Origin: a virus
Length of the DNA: 64,000 nt
Virus record (IMG/VR): IMGVR_UViG_2548876926_000005
Strand: one strand, 5' to 3'
This document shows, one piece after another, positions 1-9,064 of this stretch (its first letter is position 1; every line of letters begins with the position of its first letter). The position numbers were made by a program, and so were the translations under genes. The notes under the pieces are model-generated. The model saw nothing but the letters and a program-made list of their open reading frames with translations. It was not told where the DNA came from and searched no databases.

Positions 1-165
1 ATTCAGGCCGGATATGGCCCTGACGCGACGGTTTGGGTGTCCAAGCCTGACCAAGACGGCGACGTCATCGTGACCGTCACCGATCCCCACCTAGACCCGG
101 CCGACAAGTCGTCGGACGCAACCGACCCGACCGGGCCGGAAACCACCACCACCGCAAGGAGATAA
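1..165 (+). CDS. Partial hypothetical protein (5' truncated)
   Basis: Frame 1 open from base 1 to TAA at 163-165; contains the AAGGAG RBS of the next gene. Confidence 0.6.
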   Translation: MQAGYGPDATVWVSKPDQDGDVIVTVTDPHLDPADKSSDATDPTGPETTTTARR

Positions 166-172
166 CACCGCC

Positions 173-571
173 ATGGGAGCCACCACCAAACCCAAGGATC
201 TGAAGTCCACCAACGCGCTCGACGACATCCCGAACGAAGAGGGTGGCGCGGAGCTGCGGCTAGGACCAAACGTCCTGCTGGTCATGGACGAGCCGCCCGC
301 GCTGTGCGACAACATCGACATCGTTGTGCGGCTGCGTGTCGTGTCCAAGGGCGTCGACAAGGAAACCCCCGACAGCGACGAAACCGCCTACCGGCGCTGC
401 AAGCTCGTCACTGCCTGGAAATTCGGCGGTAAGGCACCGGCCAACCCCGACGAAAACCAGGGTTCCATGATCGACGTCGTTGACGGCAACGCGGTCCCGT
501 CCGCCGAAGCCACCGGCGACACCGAACCCGCAGCCGCCGAGACGGGCCCGGAGTTCAGCCATGAGAGGTAA
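173..571 (+). CDS. Hypothetical phage protein
   Basis: AAGGAG RBS, 132 aa, operon position. Confidence 0.8.
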   Translation: MGATTKPKDLKSTNALDDIPNEEGGAELRLGPNVLLVMDEPPALCDNIDIVVRLRVVSKGVDKETPDSDETAYRRCKLVTAWKFGGKAPANPDENQGSMIDVVDGNAVPSAEATGDTEPAAAETGPEFSHER

Positions 572-1226
572 TCCGAGCCGTGCTCGGCGCCGGGCCGCAC
601 GCGCGGTCCGGCAGCCCTCACGGATGACCGACTACCAGCGGCACCGCCAAGCCGAGCAGCTGCACGGCGTCGACAAGATCCGCGACTACCTGCATGACAT
701 CGACCTCGACATCAGCCCCGACGTGCTGAATGAACTCATCGAGGACGAGGACGGCGCGCCGCTCCCGCCGTGCACCGTGTGCGGGCTAGCCGTTGAATGG
801 AACCACACGGACAAGGCGTGGCAGCACCGATCGACCGGCAAACGTCGCTGCCACAACGCCGACAGTGACGCCACCCCCGAGGACGACGTCGCCGCACCCG
901 AGAGCGACAGTCCGGTCACGCACCACCACGCCGACACCGAGCCCGTGCGTGAACCCAACGCCTACGAACTGGCGATCCTCGGTGCGCTGCAGCACAAGAG
1001 CGTGTACCAGGGCAGCGTTCCGGTCGACGATATCCGGCGCCGACGTCTACGGAACCGGGACTCGAAACGTGCTCGCCGACTGCAGCGCCGCAGCAAGGTA
1101 CGGCGGATGCGGCGCCGCCACCAGTCAGCCGCCGGCAACGCTGCAGCCTTCGCGCTGTTCATGCTGACCTCGGCATTCATCGGCGCCGTCACGATGCTCG
1201 ACTCGCCCGGCTGGTGGGTCTCATGA
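561..1226 (+). CDS. Hypothetical protein with CxxC/His motif and C-terminal hydrophobic segment
   Basis: Coupled ORF; CTVCG...H...H motif; start uncertain (561 or 623). Confidence 0.7.
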   Translation: MRGNPSRARRRAARAVRQPSRMTDYQRHRQAEQLHGVDKIRDYLHDIDLDISPDVLNELIEDEDGAPLPPCTVCGLAVEWNHTDKAWQHRSTGKRRCHNADSDATPEDDVAAPESDSPVTHHHADTEPVREPNAYELAILGALQHKSVYQGSVPVDDIRRRRLRNRDSKRARRLQRRSKVRRMRRRHQSAAGNAAAFALFMLTSAFIGAVTMLDSPGWWVS

Positions 1227-1630
1227 CCAGCGTCGAGCCACGCGAGTTCCCGATCGGTGTCGTCGTCACCCTCGCCATCGGGAACCCCGACCGCATCTTC
1301 TGCCTGCTGTCACAGGTGTACGACGTGTTGGGGCACATGCTCGGCTACGTGCCGCTCGTGTCCGAGATGGCGCCAGCGTTCGAAGCGTGCAGAACCGCGG
1401 TGCGCGAACAGCATCCGGTGCTGGCCGAAGCGATCGACCCCGGCAGGACACCGGCGTTCGGCACGCTCGCCGTCGACACGGAAATCCTGCAATGGCTCAG
1501 CAATTTAGCGCGTGAACACGGCGAAATGTTCGCACTGACACCGCTATCGGCGCCCGCGCTGCCCGACGAGCTGCCACCGCAACCCACGGCCGAACCGCTG
1601 GTCGTGGCCGAACCGGGCAGCGGCACGTGA
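1223..1630 (+). CDS. Hypothetical phage protein
   Basis: ATGA overlap with upstream stop. Confidence 0.8.
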   Translation: MTSVEPREFPIGVVVTLAIGNPDRIFCLLSQVYDVLGHMLGYVPLVSEMAPAFEACRTAVREQHPVLAEAIDPGRTPAFGTLAVDTEILQWLSNLAREHGEMFALTPLSAPALPDELPPQPTAEPLVVAEPGSGT

Positions 1631-1887
1631 GGTGCGCGAAGTTCGTCGGCGACCGCACCGACGAGTTCAGCATCGGCCAGCAGTTCGGCGAAACCCTCGA
1701 AGGCCGTCCGGTCCGGGTCGTATCCGTCACATACGACCCGGACACGGACCGAACCATGGTCGAAGGCGAACCACTGGCCCCAGATGCGCCAGAAGGGTTG
1801 CGGCTGCGCTACTTCGGTGGCCGCGACCCCAACATCGAACCCCCTGACAGTGTCCAACCCCTCACCGACGAGGTAACCCCACAATGA
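1627..1887 (+). CDS. Hypothetical phage protein
   Basis: GTGA/ATGA overlaps at both ends. Confidence 0.75.
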   Translation: MRCAKFVGDRTDEFSIGQQFGETLEGRPVRVVSVTYDPDTDRTMVEGEPLAPDAPEGLRLRYFGGRDPNIEPPDSVQPLTDEVTPQ

Positions 1888-2465
1888 CCGAAACACCAGA
1901 CCTGACCTTGCGCCAGTGGTTCGGCAAGCTCATCCGAGGCCAGCACCATCTAGCGATCGGCGGCGAAGACGACCCCTACCTGCTGCGCTGGTACCTGATC
2001 CCACGCAACAAGCGGCTGAACATCTACCTGCACCAATTCATCCGATCCGACGACGACCGCGCACTACACGACCACCCATGGTGGTTCTGGTCATTCGTCC
2101 TGGCCGGCCACTACTACGAACACCGCGCCGACGGCCGACGCATCAAACGGCACTGGGCGTCCATCGCCTACCGGGCAGCGAAAACCCGCCACCGCGTCGA
2201 GCTGCCTAAGTCCAACGACCCGATGTCGCTGCTGGAACGCGAAGACTGCTGCTGGACCATCGTCGTCACCGGACCCCGAACCCGCGACTGGGGGTTCTGG
2301 TGCCCCGGAGGCCGATTCATCATCACCGAACAGGGCGAAACCAGCACCCTCGACGTCGACCGGTTCATCCCGCACACCGCTTGGGGCGCCGCCGGATGCG
2401 GCGAACCATTCACCGGCACATTCCACGCCCGCACACCGTTCTGGAACCGAGGTGCGCGCCGATGA
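1884..2465 (+). CDS. Cupin-like phage protein
   Basis: ALHDHPW...G.Y.E...RHRV cupin-type His pattern. Confidence 0.65.
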   Translation: MTETPDLTLRQWFGKLIRGQHHLAIGGEDDPYLLRWYLIPRNKRLNIYLHQFIRSDDDRALHDHPWWFWSFVLAGHYYEHRADGRRIKRHWASIAYRAAKTRHRVELPKSNDPMSLLEREDCCWTIVVTGPRTRDWGFWCPGGRFIITEQGETSTLDVDRFIPHTAWGAAGCGEPFTGTFHARTPFWNRGARR

Positions 2466-2866
2466 CCAGCACCGCTCGAATCCTGCAGCTTGTTGCGTAC
2501 GAACGCCAATGGCAACAAGACAAATGGGGCGAACAGAACCACCCCGGCATCGACAGAATCGATGTCGCCACATTCCACGAAGCTCGACGGCGTACCTCGG
2601 CGGCGACAGCAGAAGCATTCGCAGCGCATATCGCGTTGACCCACCAGATACCGACCGCCGGCGAAGCCCGCGACCGGTGCCAGCGTTACGCCGCGGCCGG
2701 TCTGGCGACGTGGTCGCGGATCCTTCTCGAAGAGTTCGCCGAAGCCATCGAAGCCGCCGCGCTGTTCGCCATCGGATATGGCACAGCCGAGCAGCTACAG
2801 ACAGAGCTTGTGCAAGTCGCCGCGGTCGCGGTGCAGTGGGCCGAAAAACTCGGCGGTGGCGAATGA
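2462..2866 (+). CDS. MazG-like nucleotide pyrophosphohydrolase
   Basis: ILLEEFAEA...ELVQVAAVAV helical motif; ATGA coupling. Confidence 0.65.
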   Translation: MTSTARILQLVAYERQWQQDKWGEQNHPGIDRIDVATFHEARRRTSAATAEAFAAHIALTHQIPTAGEARDRCQRYAAAGLATWSRILLEEFAEAIEAAALFAIGYGTAEQLQTELVQVAAVAVQWAEKLGGGE

Positions 2867-4434
2867 GCCTGCATATCTCGATGACCGATTTCTTCTGCGG
2901 TGCAGGCGGTTCCAGCACAGGCGCAATTCAGGTTCCGGGTGTCTCGATACGGTGCGCGGCGAACCACTGGCAGCTAGCGGTGGATACGCACAACGCCAAT
3001 CACCCGGATGCCGACCACTATTGCGCGGATCTGTCGCAGATCCACCCGAAGTACTTCCCCAAGACGACATTCGGATGGTTCTCTCCCGAATGCACGAACC
3101 ACTCACAGGCCAAGGGCCAGAAGCGGATAGACGCCCAGCCCGATCTGTTTGGCGACACACTGCCCGACGAAGCCGCAGAGCGCTCGCGGGCAACCATGTG
3201 GGATGTAGTCCGGTTCTCCGAATTCCACCGCTACGAGGTGGTGTTCGTCGAGAACGTCGTCGAGGCAGCCAAGTGGGCGCCGTTCCAAGCATGGCTCGCC
3301 GCGATGGACAGCCTCGGCTACGACCACCGGCTCGTGATGCTCAATTCGATGCACGCCCAGCTCGGCGGGCCCGGCGCCCCGCAGTCCCGCGACCGCCTCT
3401 ACGTCGTGTTCTGGCGCCGTACGAACCGAGCCCCGGACCTTGAGCGGGTGGTACGGCCTCGGGCGATCTGCCCCGACTGCGGGCCCATCAACGCCCTGCA
3501 GGTATTCAAGAAACCCGGCAACACCGTCGGCCGGTACCGCCAGCAGTACATGTACAGATGCCCGAACGTCAAGTGCCGCAACCAGGTATTAGAGCCCGCA
3601 GTCCGTCCGGCAGCGGAAATCATCGACTGGTCACTGCTGGGTGAACGACTCGGGGACAAGCCGATCAAGAAGTTCGTCGACAAGAAAACCGGCGAAGTGA
3701 GCTACGGGCCACTGGCGCCCAAGACCATGGCCCGCGTACACGCCGGCATCGACCGGTACTGGCTGCCTCTACTGGTGCCCGTCGAGGGACGCGAGGGCAA
3801 GGAGGCGCGGCCCATTTCCGAGCCCGTACGGACGATGACGACCCGCAACGAAACCGGACTACTGGTGCCGTGCGGGGGTACCTGGCGCGAAGACGCTGCC
3901 CCGACCAGCGAGCCATTCTCCACTCGCACCACCCGGGAAACCGACGGGCTGGCATTCATCGCCGAACTCCGCGGCGGCAGTAGCGACGCCCGCCCCGTGG
4001 CGCACCCACTGGCCACCGTCACGGCCTCGGGTAATCATCACGCGCTCGTCACCACCTACAACGGCAAGGGCCGCACCGTCACGGTCAATGAACCGCTATC
4101 GACGGTGACGACCCGCGATCGGCATGCGCTGCTGATGCGCAACAACACCCCACGCGGCAACCCTGCCCAGATGGTCACGCCCGTATCGGAGCCAATGCGC
4201 ACGCTGACCACCGAGGGGCACCAGTCGTTGTTGAGCGCCGAGCGCCCCACGATCGATATCGATGATGTCCGGTTCCGAATGTTGGAACCGCACGAGCAGA
4301 AGCGCGCCATGGACTTCCCAGCTGATTACGTGATCAAGGGCAACCGCCGCGAGCAGGCCCGCCAGGCAGGAAACGCCGTCACCCCGCCAAGCTCACGCGA
4401 CCTGATCACCGTGGGCGTGGAGAGCCTGACATGA
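2863..4434 (+). CDS. C5 cytosine DNA methyltransferase
   Basis: DFFCGAGG (motif I), SPEC (IV), ENV (VI), QSRDR (VIII), AGNAV (X). Confidence 0.93.
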   Translation: MSLHISMTDFFCGAGGSSTGAIQVPGVSIRCAANHWQLAVDTHNANHPDADHYCADLSQIHPKYFPKTTFGWFSPECTNHSQAKGQKRIDAQPDLFGDTLPDEAAERSRATMWDVVRFSEFHRYEVVFVENVVEAAKWAPFQAWLAAMDSLGYDHRLVMLNSMHAQLGGPGAPQSRDRLYVVFWRRTNRAPDLERVVRPRAICPDCGPINALQVFKKPGNTVGRYRQQYMYRCPNVKCRNQVLEPAVRPAAEIIDWSLLGERLGDKPIKKFVDKKTGEVSYGPLAPKTMARVHAGIDRYWLPLLVPVEGREGKEARPISEPVRTMTTRNETGLLVPCGGTWREDAAPTSEPFSTRTTRETDGLAFIAELRGGSSDARPVAHPLATVTASGNHHALVTTYNGKGRTVTVNEPLSTVTTRDRHALLMRNNTPRGNPAQMVTPVSEPMRTLTTEGHQSLLSAERPTIDIDDVRFRMLEPHEQKRAMDFPADYVIKGNRREQARQAGNAVTPPSSRDLITVGVESLT

Positions 4435-5834
4435 CCGCCCCCTACTACCAAGACGAACAGGTCACCCTGCACCACGGCGATTGCCTCGACATGCTGCGCG
4501 CCGACGACTACGGATACGACTGGAATCTCGGGTACCGCTCAGCGCGGATGTTCCCCGACAACAGCGTCGACGCGGTGATCACGGACCCGCCCTATGGCAT
4601 CGCGTTCATGGGCAAGGCATGGGACCAGCCCGGCGAGTTCGGGTCCACCCGACTGCGGACCGGCGGCGAGAACAAACGACGCGGACACAAGGACGCCGCG
4701 CTCAATGCAGGCCTGTACGACCTGTCGCCGGCGGCAATGCTCAACTTTCAGCGTTGGTGCACCGCTTGGGCCACCGAATGCCTGCGCATCCTCAAGCCCG
4801 GCGGTCACCTGCTCGCGTTCGGTGGCTCGCGCACCTGGCATCGGCTGGCCGCCGCGATCGAGGACGCGGGTTTCGAGATTCGCGACAGCATCGCATGGCT
4901 GTACGGCTCAGGGTTCCCGAAATCGCTCGACGTGTCCAAGGCCATCGACAAGGCGGCCGGTGCTGAGCGTGAGGTCGTTGGCCGCAAGACCGGACGCGGC
5001 GCCAGTGCTGTGTGCGACATGCGTGGTGGGCGGCTGGTCGGCGGGGATTCGGGCGGGATTGATTGCTCGGCGCTCACCGCGCCTGCGACGGGGGATGCCA
5101 AGCGCTGGCAGGGTTGGGGTACTGCGCTCAAGCCCTCATTCGAGCCGATCGTCGTCGCACGTAAACCGCTGTCCGGCACCGTCGCCCAGAACGTGCTCGA
5201 GCACGGCGCCGGTGCCCTGAATATCGACGCGTGCCGGGTAACGACCGGCGATGCTCTCGTGCGACCATCGGTTCAGCGGCACGACAACGAGGTGCTGGGT
5301 AAAGGTCTTGGCGCCGGGGCGCAGGTGGAGCCCGCAGGCCGGTGGCCGACGAATGTGGTCCTCGACGAGCATCAGGCCGAAGCACTCGATCGGCAGACGG
5401 GCGTCTTGCACTCGGGAACCATGCGTGCTGGCACCGATCGTCAGCCGCGAGCGGGCGGCACGATCTACGGCGCTGACGCCCGAAATTTCGTCCCTGCTGA
5501 CACCTACGGTGACAGCGGCGGGGCGTCCCGGTTCTTCCCGGTGTTCCGATATGAGGGGAAGGCGCCAACGTCGGAGCGGCCCAACGCCGATGGTGTGCAG
5601 CACCCAACCGTCAAGCCGCTAGACCTGATGCGCTGGCTGGTGCGGCTCGTCACCCCGGTCGGCGCGGTGGTGCTCGAACCGTTCGCCGGAAGCGGCACGA
5701 CCGCCGAGGCATGCGTCCTCGAGGACCGGCAGTGCATCGCGATCGAACGTGAAGCCGACTACTTGCCGCTGATCGTGTCCCGGCTCCAAAAGCCCGTGCA
5801 GCAAGGATTATTTGGGTTGGAGGCGGGCGCGTGA
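4431..5834 (+). CDS. N6-adenine/N4-cytosine DNA methyltransferase (beta class)
   Basis: DPPY, HPTVKP, EPFAGSGTT motifs in beta order. Confidence 0.93.
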   Translation: MTAPYYQDEQVTLHHGDCLDMLRADDYGYDWNLGYRSARMFPDNSVDAVITDPPYGIAFMGKAWDQPGEFGSTRLRTGGENKRRGHKDAALNAGLYDLSPAAMLNFQRWCTAWATECLRILKPGGHLLAFGGSRTWHRLAAAIEDAGFEIRDSIAWLYGSGFPKSLDVSKAIDKAAGAEREVVGRKTGRGASAVCDMRGGRLVGGDSGGIDCSALTAPATGDAKRWQGWGTALKPSFEPIVVARKPLSGTVAQNVLEHGAGALNIDACRVTTGDALVRPSVQRHDNEVLGKGLGAGAQVEPAGRWPTNVVLDEHQAEALDRQTGVLHSGTMRAGTDRQPRAGGTIYGADARNFVPADTYGDSGGASRFFPVFRYEGKAPTSERPNADGVQHPTVKPLDLMRWLVRLVTPVGAVVLEPFAGSGTTAEACVLEDRQCIAIEREADYLPLIVSRLQKPVQQGLFGLEAGA

Positions 5835-6040
5835 CATCCCCTCCGAATTCGCGCTACGACCGTACGCACGCACCGAAGCCGAGTCTGGAACAGCGTCCGT
5901 GGTTCACATTCCAATGCCAGCGCTGCGGCAAGGACTTCCGCGCCCGGTTCATCGCCCGCGAATGCCGCGACTGCTGGGCCGAAACCGCAGCCATCTACCC
6001 GACACTCTGGCCCGGCACCGGCGAGGCCAGCGGCTCATGA
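5831..6040 (+). CDS. Small zinc-finger protein
   Basis: CQRC...CRDC; coupled overlaps. Confidence 0.7.
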   Translation: MTSPPNSRYDRTHAPKPSLEQRPWFTFQCQRCGKDFRARFIARECRDCWAETAAIYPTLWPGTGEASGS

Positions 6041-6384
6041 AAGGCACACCCGTGAACCAAACAGATGACGGCACAGAACCATTAGGTGAAGCACCCGAAG
6101 TCTTCCGTCCCGGACAAGACCCGCTCTACGCGGCGGCGCAGCTACTGGAATCACGCGGCTACGCCGTCGTCCAGCTACCCAAACCGATTCGAGACGGGGT
6201 AGGGGAGTTCCGCGCGGGTCCCGGTGGATTCGTGGTTGCGGCCGGAGGTGACGTAGCCATCTGTGACTACTCAGGCAGCCCAATCACCTTCCGTAGCACC
6301 GGTAAAGCCCTCCGGCTCGCCGCCGCGATCCTGGCAGCCATCGCATACATCGAGTCAAACGCCGTCGGAGCGTCCCATGGGTGA
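6037..6384 (+). CDS. Hypothetical phage protein
   Basis: ATGA coupling; resembles 55129-55539. Confidence 0.7.
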   Translation: MKGTPVNQTDDGTEPLGEAPEVFRPGQDPLYAAAQLLESRGYAVVQLPKPIRDGVGEFRAGPGGFVVAAGGDVAICDYSGSPITFRSTGKALRLAAAILAAIAYIESNAVGASHG

Positions 6385-7339
6385 CAAGACGCGCATCGAA
6401 TGGACTGATGCCACATGGTCACCAGTGACCGGTTGCACGCGTGTCAGTGATGGATGCCTGAACTGCTACATCGAACGATCGACACCAATTCGTGTCGCGG
6501 GCCGAAAGTTTGACGGTGAAGGCATCGGGTCGAGTCTGGCGGTACAACTCCACCCGAACCGTCTGGACTGGCCACTCCGAAAGCGTGACGGCAAGAAGAT
6601 CTTCGTCTGCTCACAAGCTGACCTTTTCCACTCTGATGTGCCCGACGAGTACATCGCGAAGGTGTTCGCCGTCATGGCCTTGGCTCCGCAGCACACGTTC
6701 CAGGTGCTCACTAAGCGTCATGGGCGCATGCGGTCGCTCCTGAGTAGTCATGCCTTCTGGGGTCGGGTTGGCGTGGCAGGGCTCGACCGCGATGTTTGGT
6801 TGCCCCAGAGCGGTGTTTCGCTAGATCAGCACTACTTGCCCAACGTCTGGTTGGGCGTGAGCGCCGAGGATCAGCAGCGCGCCGACCTCCGCATCCCGGC
6901 CCTGCTGGACACCCCGGCCGCTGTACGGTTCGTGAGCGCCGAGCCGCTACTCGGGCCGATCGACCTACATGGTGACCCGATCGCGAAAGACTCGGTTTTC
7001 TGGATCGGGCATCTGGACTGGGTGATCGTCGGCGGCGAATCCGGTCCGGGCGCAAGGCCAATGCACCCCGACTGGGCGCGGTCCGTGCGCGATCAGTGCG
7101 TGGCGGCCGGTGTGCCGTTCCTGTTCAAACAGTGGGGCGAGTGGTCGCCAGACCTGAGCCTGAATGAGCCCGTCGCCAACGGCAAGCGGCTCAAGTACCA
7201 GCGGCGGGCACTGCTCCCCGACGGTTCCATAGCGCCGCCTTGGACGCCATGTGAGTTCGTCGACCGCGTCGGCAAGAGGCGTGCCGGGCGCGAGCTGGAC
7301 GGGCGCACGTGGGACCAGTACCCCGAGGTGCAGCCATGA
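6377..7339 (+). CDS. DUF5131 (phage Gp37/Gp68) radical-SAM-like protein
   Basis: IEWTDATW, CX6CX2C, WVIVGGESG, FLFKQWG. Confidence 0.92.
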   Translation: MGDKTRIEWTDATWSPVTGCTRVSDGCLNCYIERSTPIRVAGRKFDGEGIGSSLAVQLHPNRLDWPLRKRDGKKIFVCSQADLFHSDVPDEYIAKVFAVMALAPQHTFQVLTKRHGRMRSLLSSHAFWGRVGVAGLDRDVWLPQSGVSLDQHYLPNVWLGVSAEDQQRADLRIPALLDTPAAVRFVSAEPLLGPIDLHGDPIAKDSVFWIGHLDWVIVGGESGPGARPMHPDWARSVRDQCVAAGVPFLFKQWGEWSPDLSLNEPVANGKRLKYQRRALLPDGSIAPPWTPCEFVDRVGKRRAGRELDGRTWDQYPEVQP

Positions 7340-7512
7340 GTTACAGGCGGCGTCGGTTCCCTCGCTGCAGGGTGTGCGGCGAGCCCGTCACGTGCGGCCA
7401 GGGTGACCGTCATCTGTCGTGCTCGCCGATCTGCAAGGTCGACGGCTGCTGGGAACCGATTCCATCCACCGGCCACAAATGCAACGTCAAGAAAGCGAAC
7501 GAACATGCCTGA
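7336..7512 (+). CDS. Small Cys-rich protein
   Basis: CRVC...H..C..C...C; coupled. Confidence 0.6.
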   Translation: MSYRRRRFPRCRVCGEPVTCGQGDRHLSCSPICKVDGCWEPIPSTGHKCNVKKANEHA

Positions 7513-7762
7513 ACTCACCGTCACCGTTTACACAGCGGGCCCATCATGCCAGCCCTGCCGAATGACGCTGAGACACCTCGACCGCCTCGGAATCGCCTAC
7601 ACCACAATCCCGATCGACTCCGATGACGCAATACGCGAGGCCGCGATCGAACTCGGCATGCGTACAGCGCCGATCGTGTGTGTCGCCACCCCGGCCGGTG
7701 AGGACCACTGGGACGGATACCGACCCGACAAACTCGACGCGCTGACAGAGAGGGCTGCGTGA
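7505..7762 (+). CDS. nrdH: NrdH-like glutaredoxin
   Basis: VTVYT, CQPC, TAPIV, WDGYRPD. Confidence 0.9.
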   Translation: MPELTVTVYTAGPSCQPCRMTLRHLDRLGIAYTTIPIDSDDAIREAAIELGMRTAPIVCVATPAGEDHWDGYRPDKLDALTERAA

Positions 7763-8127
7763 TTGACATGCGTAAACCTCGAAGCGTCGAGATTCGTATC
7801 GAGGGAGACGAATTCGCCTCCCAATTCGGTAGACCCGATATCCCGACATTCCACTACCTGGACGACAGGACAGTCGAACTGCGGAACATTCCGGCCGCGA
7901 CCACCATCACCTGTGAAACCGCGGCTCAGACCGAATCTGCTGGCGGGATGGATTGGCGGGGCGTGTGGATGACGATCACCCGCGACAATGACGGCCTGCA
8001 GCTGAACGCCGCGGCAAGCAACGGGGTGTTCCGCTGGGAGCTGCTGCCGGCTCACTTCGGGGACGGCGAAGGCCCCGCGATGTACATCGGGCGCCTGATC
8101 GAAACCGAGGCGAAGCCGAATGCCTAA
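7759..8127 (+). CDS. Hypothetical phage protein
   Basis: GTGA coupling, GAGGG RBS. Confidence 0.7.
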   Translation: MIDMRKPRSVEIRIEGDEFASQFGRPDIPTFHYLDDRTVELRNIPAATTITCETAAQTESAGGMDWRGVWMTITRDNDGLQLNAAASNGVFRWELLPAHFGDGEGPAMYIGRLIETEAKPNA

Positions 8128-9064
8128 CGTCACCACCACATCTGAGCTGCTGGCGTTGCTGCGGCGCCACTACATCAAACCCGGCCTGGATCTGCCGGGT
8201 GGTGTGTTCGTACCGGAGGTTGGCGGTAACGGATCGTGGGGTGCCAGCGCGCGCGCCGACGCCATCTATGTCGGGTTCACCAGCAGCAGCGGCCGAATCC
8301 TGGTCGGCCACGAACTGAAAATCAGCCGCGCCGACTGGCTGAACGAACTCAACAAGCCCGGCAAGGCCGATCAGTGGGCCGACCAATGCCACGCCTGGTA
8401 TCTCGTCGTCAACGACCCGGCCATCGTGGAGCCCGGCGAGCTGCCGGCTGGTTGGGGACTGATGTCACCGGGCCCAAGCCGCACCCGTATGACCGTTCAC
8501 ACGCCCGCAGCCGTCAAGCCCGACCACACCCCGTCATGGGACGCCGTACGTTCCGTCATGGCCCGCATAGACACCTTGCGCGCCAGCGACGTAGCCGACG
8601 CCGTCGAATCCCGAGACCGGGCCCGGCGCAACCAATACGAGAAAGACTTGGCCGCGGCGGTTGATCGGCGCGTGAAGGCCATGCCGGAAACGGGGGAGGC
8701 CACGAAACGCCTCAAGCTCATCGAGGACGCCATCGGCGCCCCAATCGATTGGAGCGACAACGTCTGGTCGCCTGACCGCACGGTCGACCCGGAGCTGCTG
8801 GGACGTATCGGCAAGGCCGCGTTGGCCCTTGGCGGCATCGAATCGGCTATCCGGCAGCTCGGTAGGGGTTACAACAGCACAAAGGAAGTACGACGACTCA
8901 TCGACGAATACGACGCCAAGCTCGCCGAGTTCCTGGCCCCCGCCAAGGCCGTGTGCGCGTGGTGCCCAACAGCCGCAGGCGGGACTGCCGAGCACAACGA
9001 CGGCACTCGCCACCCGTCATGCGGGAACACAGGGCACGGCATGAACTGGGAGGTGTCCGAGTAG
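8120..9064 (+). CDS. PD-(D/E)XK (MmcB-like) nuclease-domain protein
   Basis: EV...RADAI...GHELKISRADWLNEL. Confidence 0.7.
   Translation: MPNVTTTSELLALLRRHYIKPGLDLPGGVFVPEVGGNGSWGASARADAIYVGFTSSSGRILVGHELKISRADWLNELNKPGKADQWADQCHAWYLVVNDPAIVEPGELPAGWGLMSPGPSRTRMTVHTPAAVKPDHTPSWDAVRSVMARIDTLRASDVADAVESRDRARRNQYEKDLAAAVDRRVKAMPETGEATKRLKLIEDAIGAPIDWSDNVWSPDRTVDPELLGRIGKAALALGGIESAIRQLGRGYNSTKEVRRLIDEYDAKLAEFLAPAKAVCAWCPTAAGGTAEHNDGTRHPSCGNTGHGMNWEVSE

Noticed and set aside
8120..9064. Restriction enzyme partnering the methyltransferases
   Set aside because: Separated from them by several genes and resembles a common phage MmcB-like nuclease; there is no support for a cognate R-M pair
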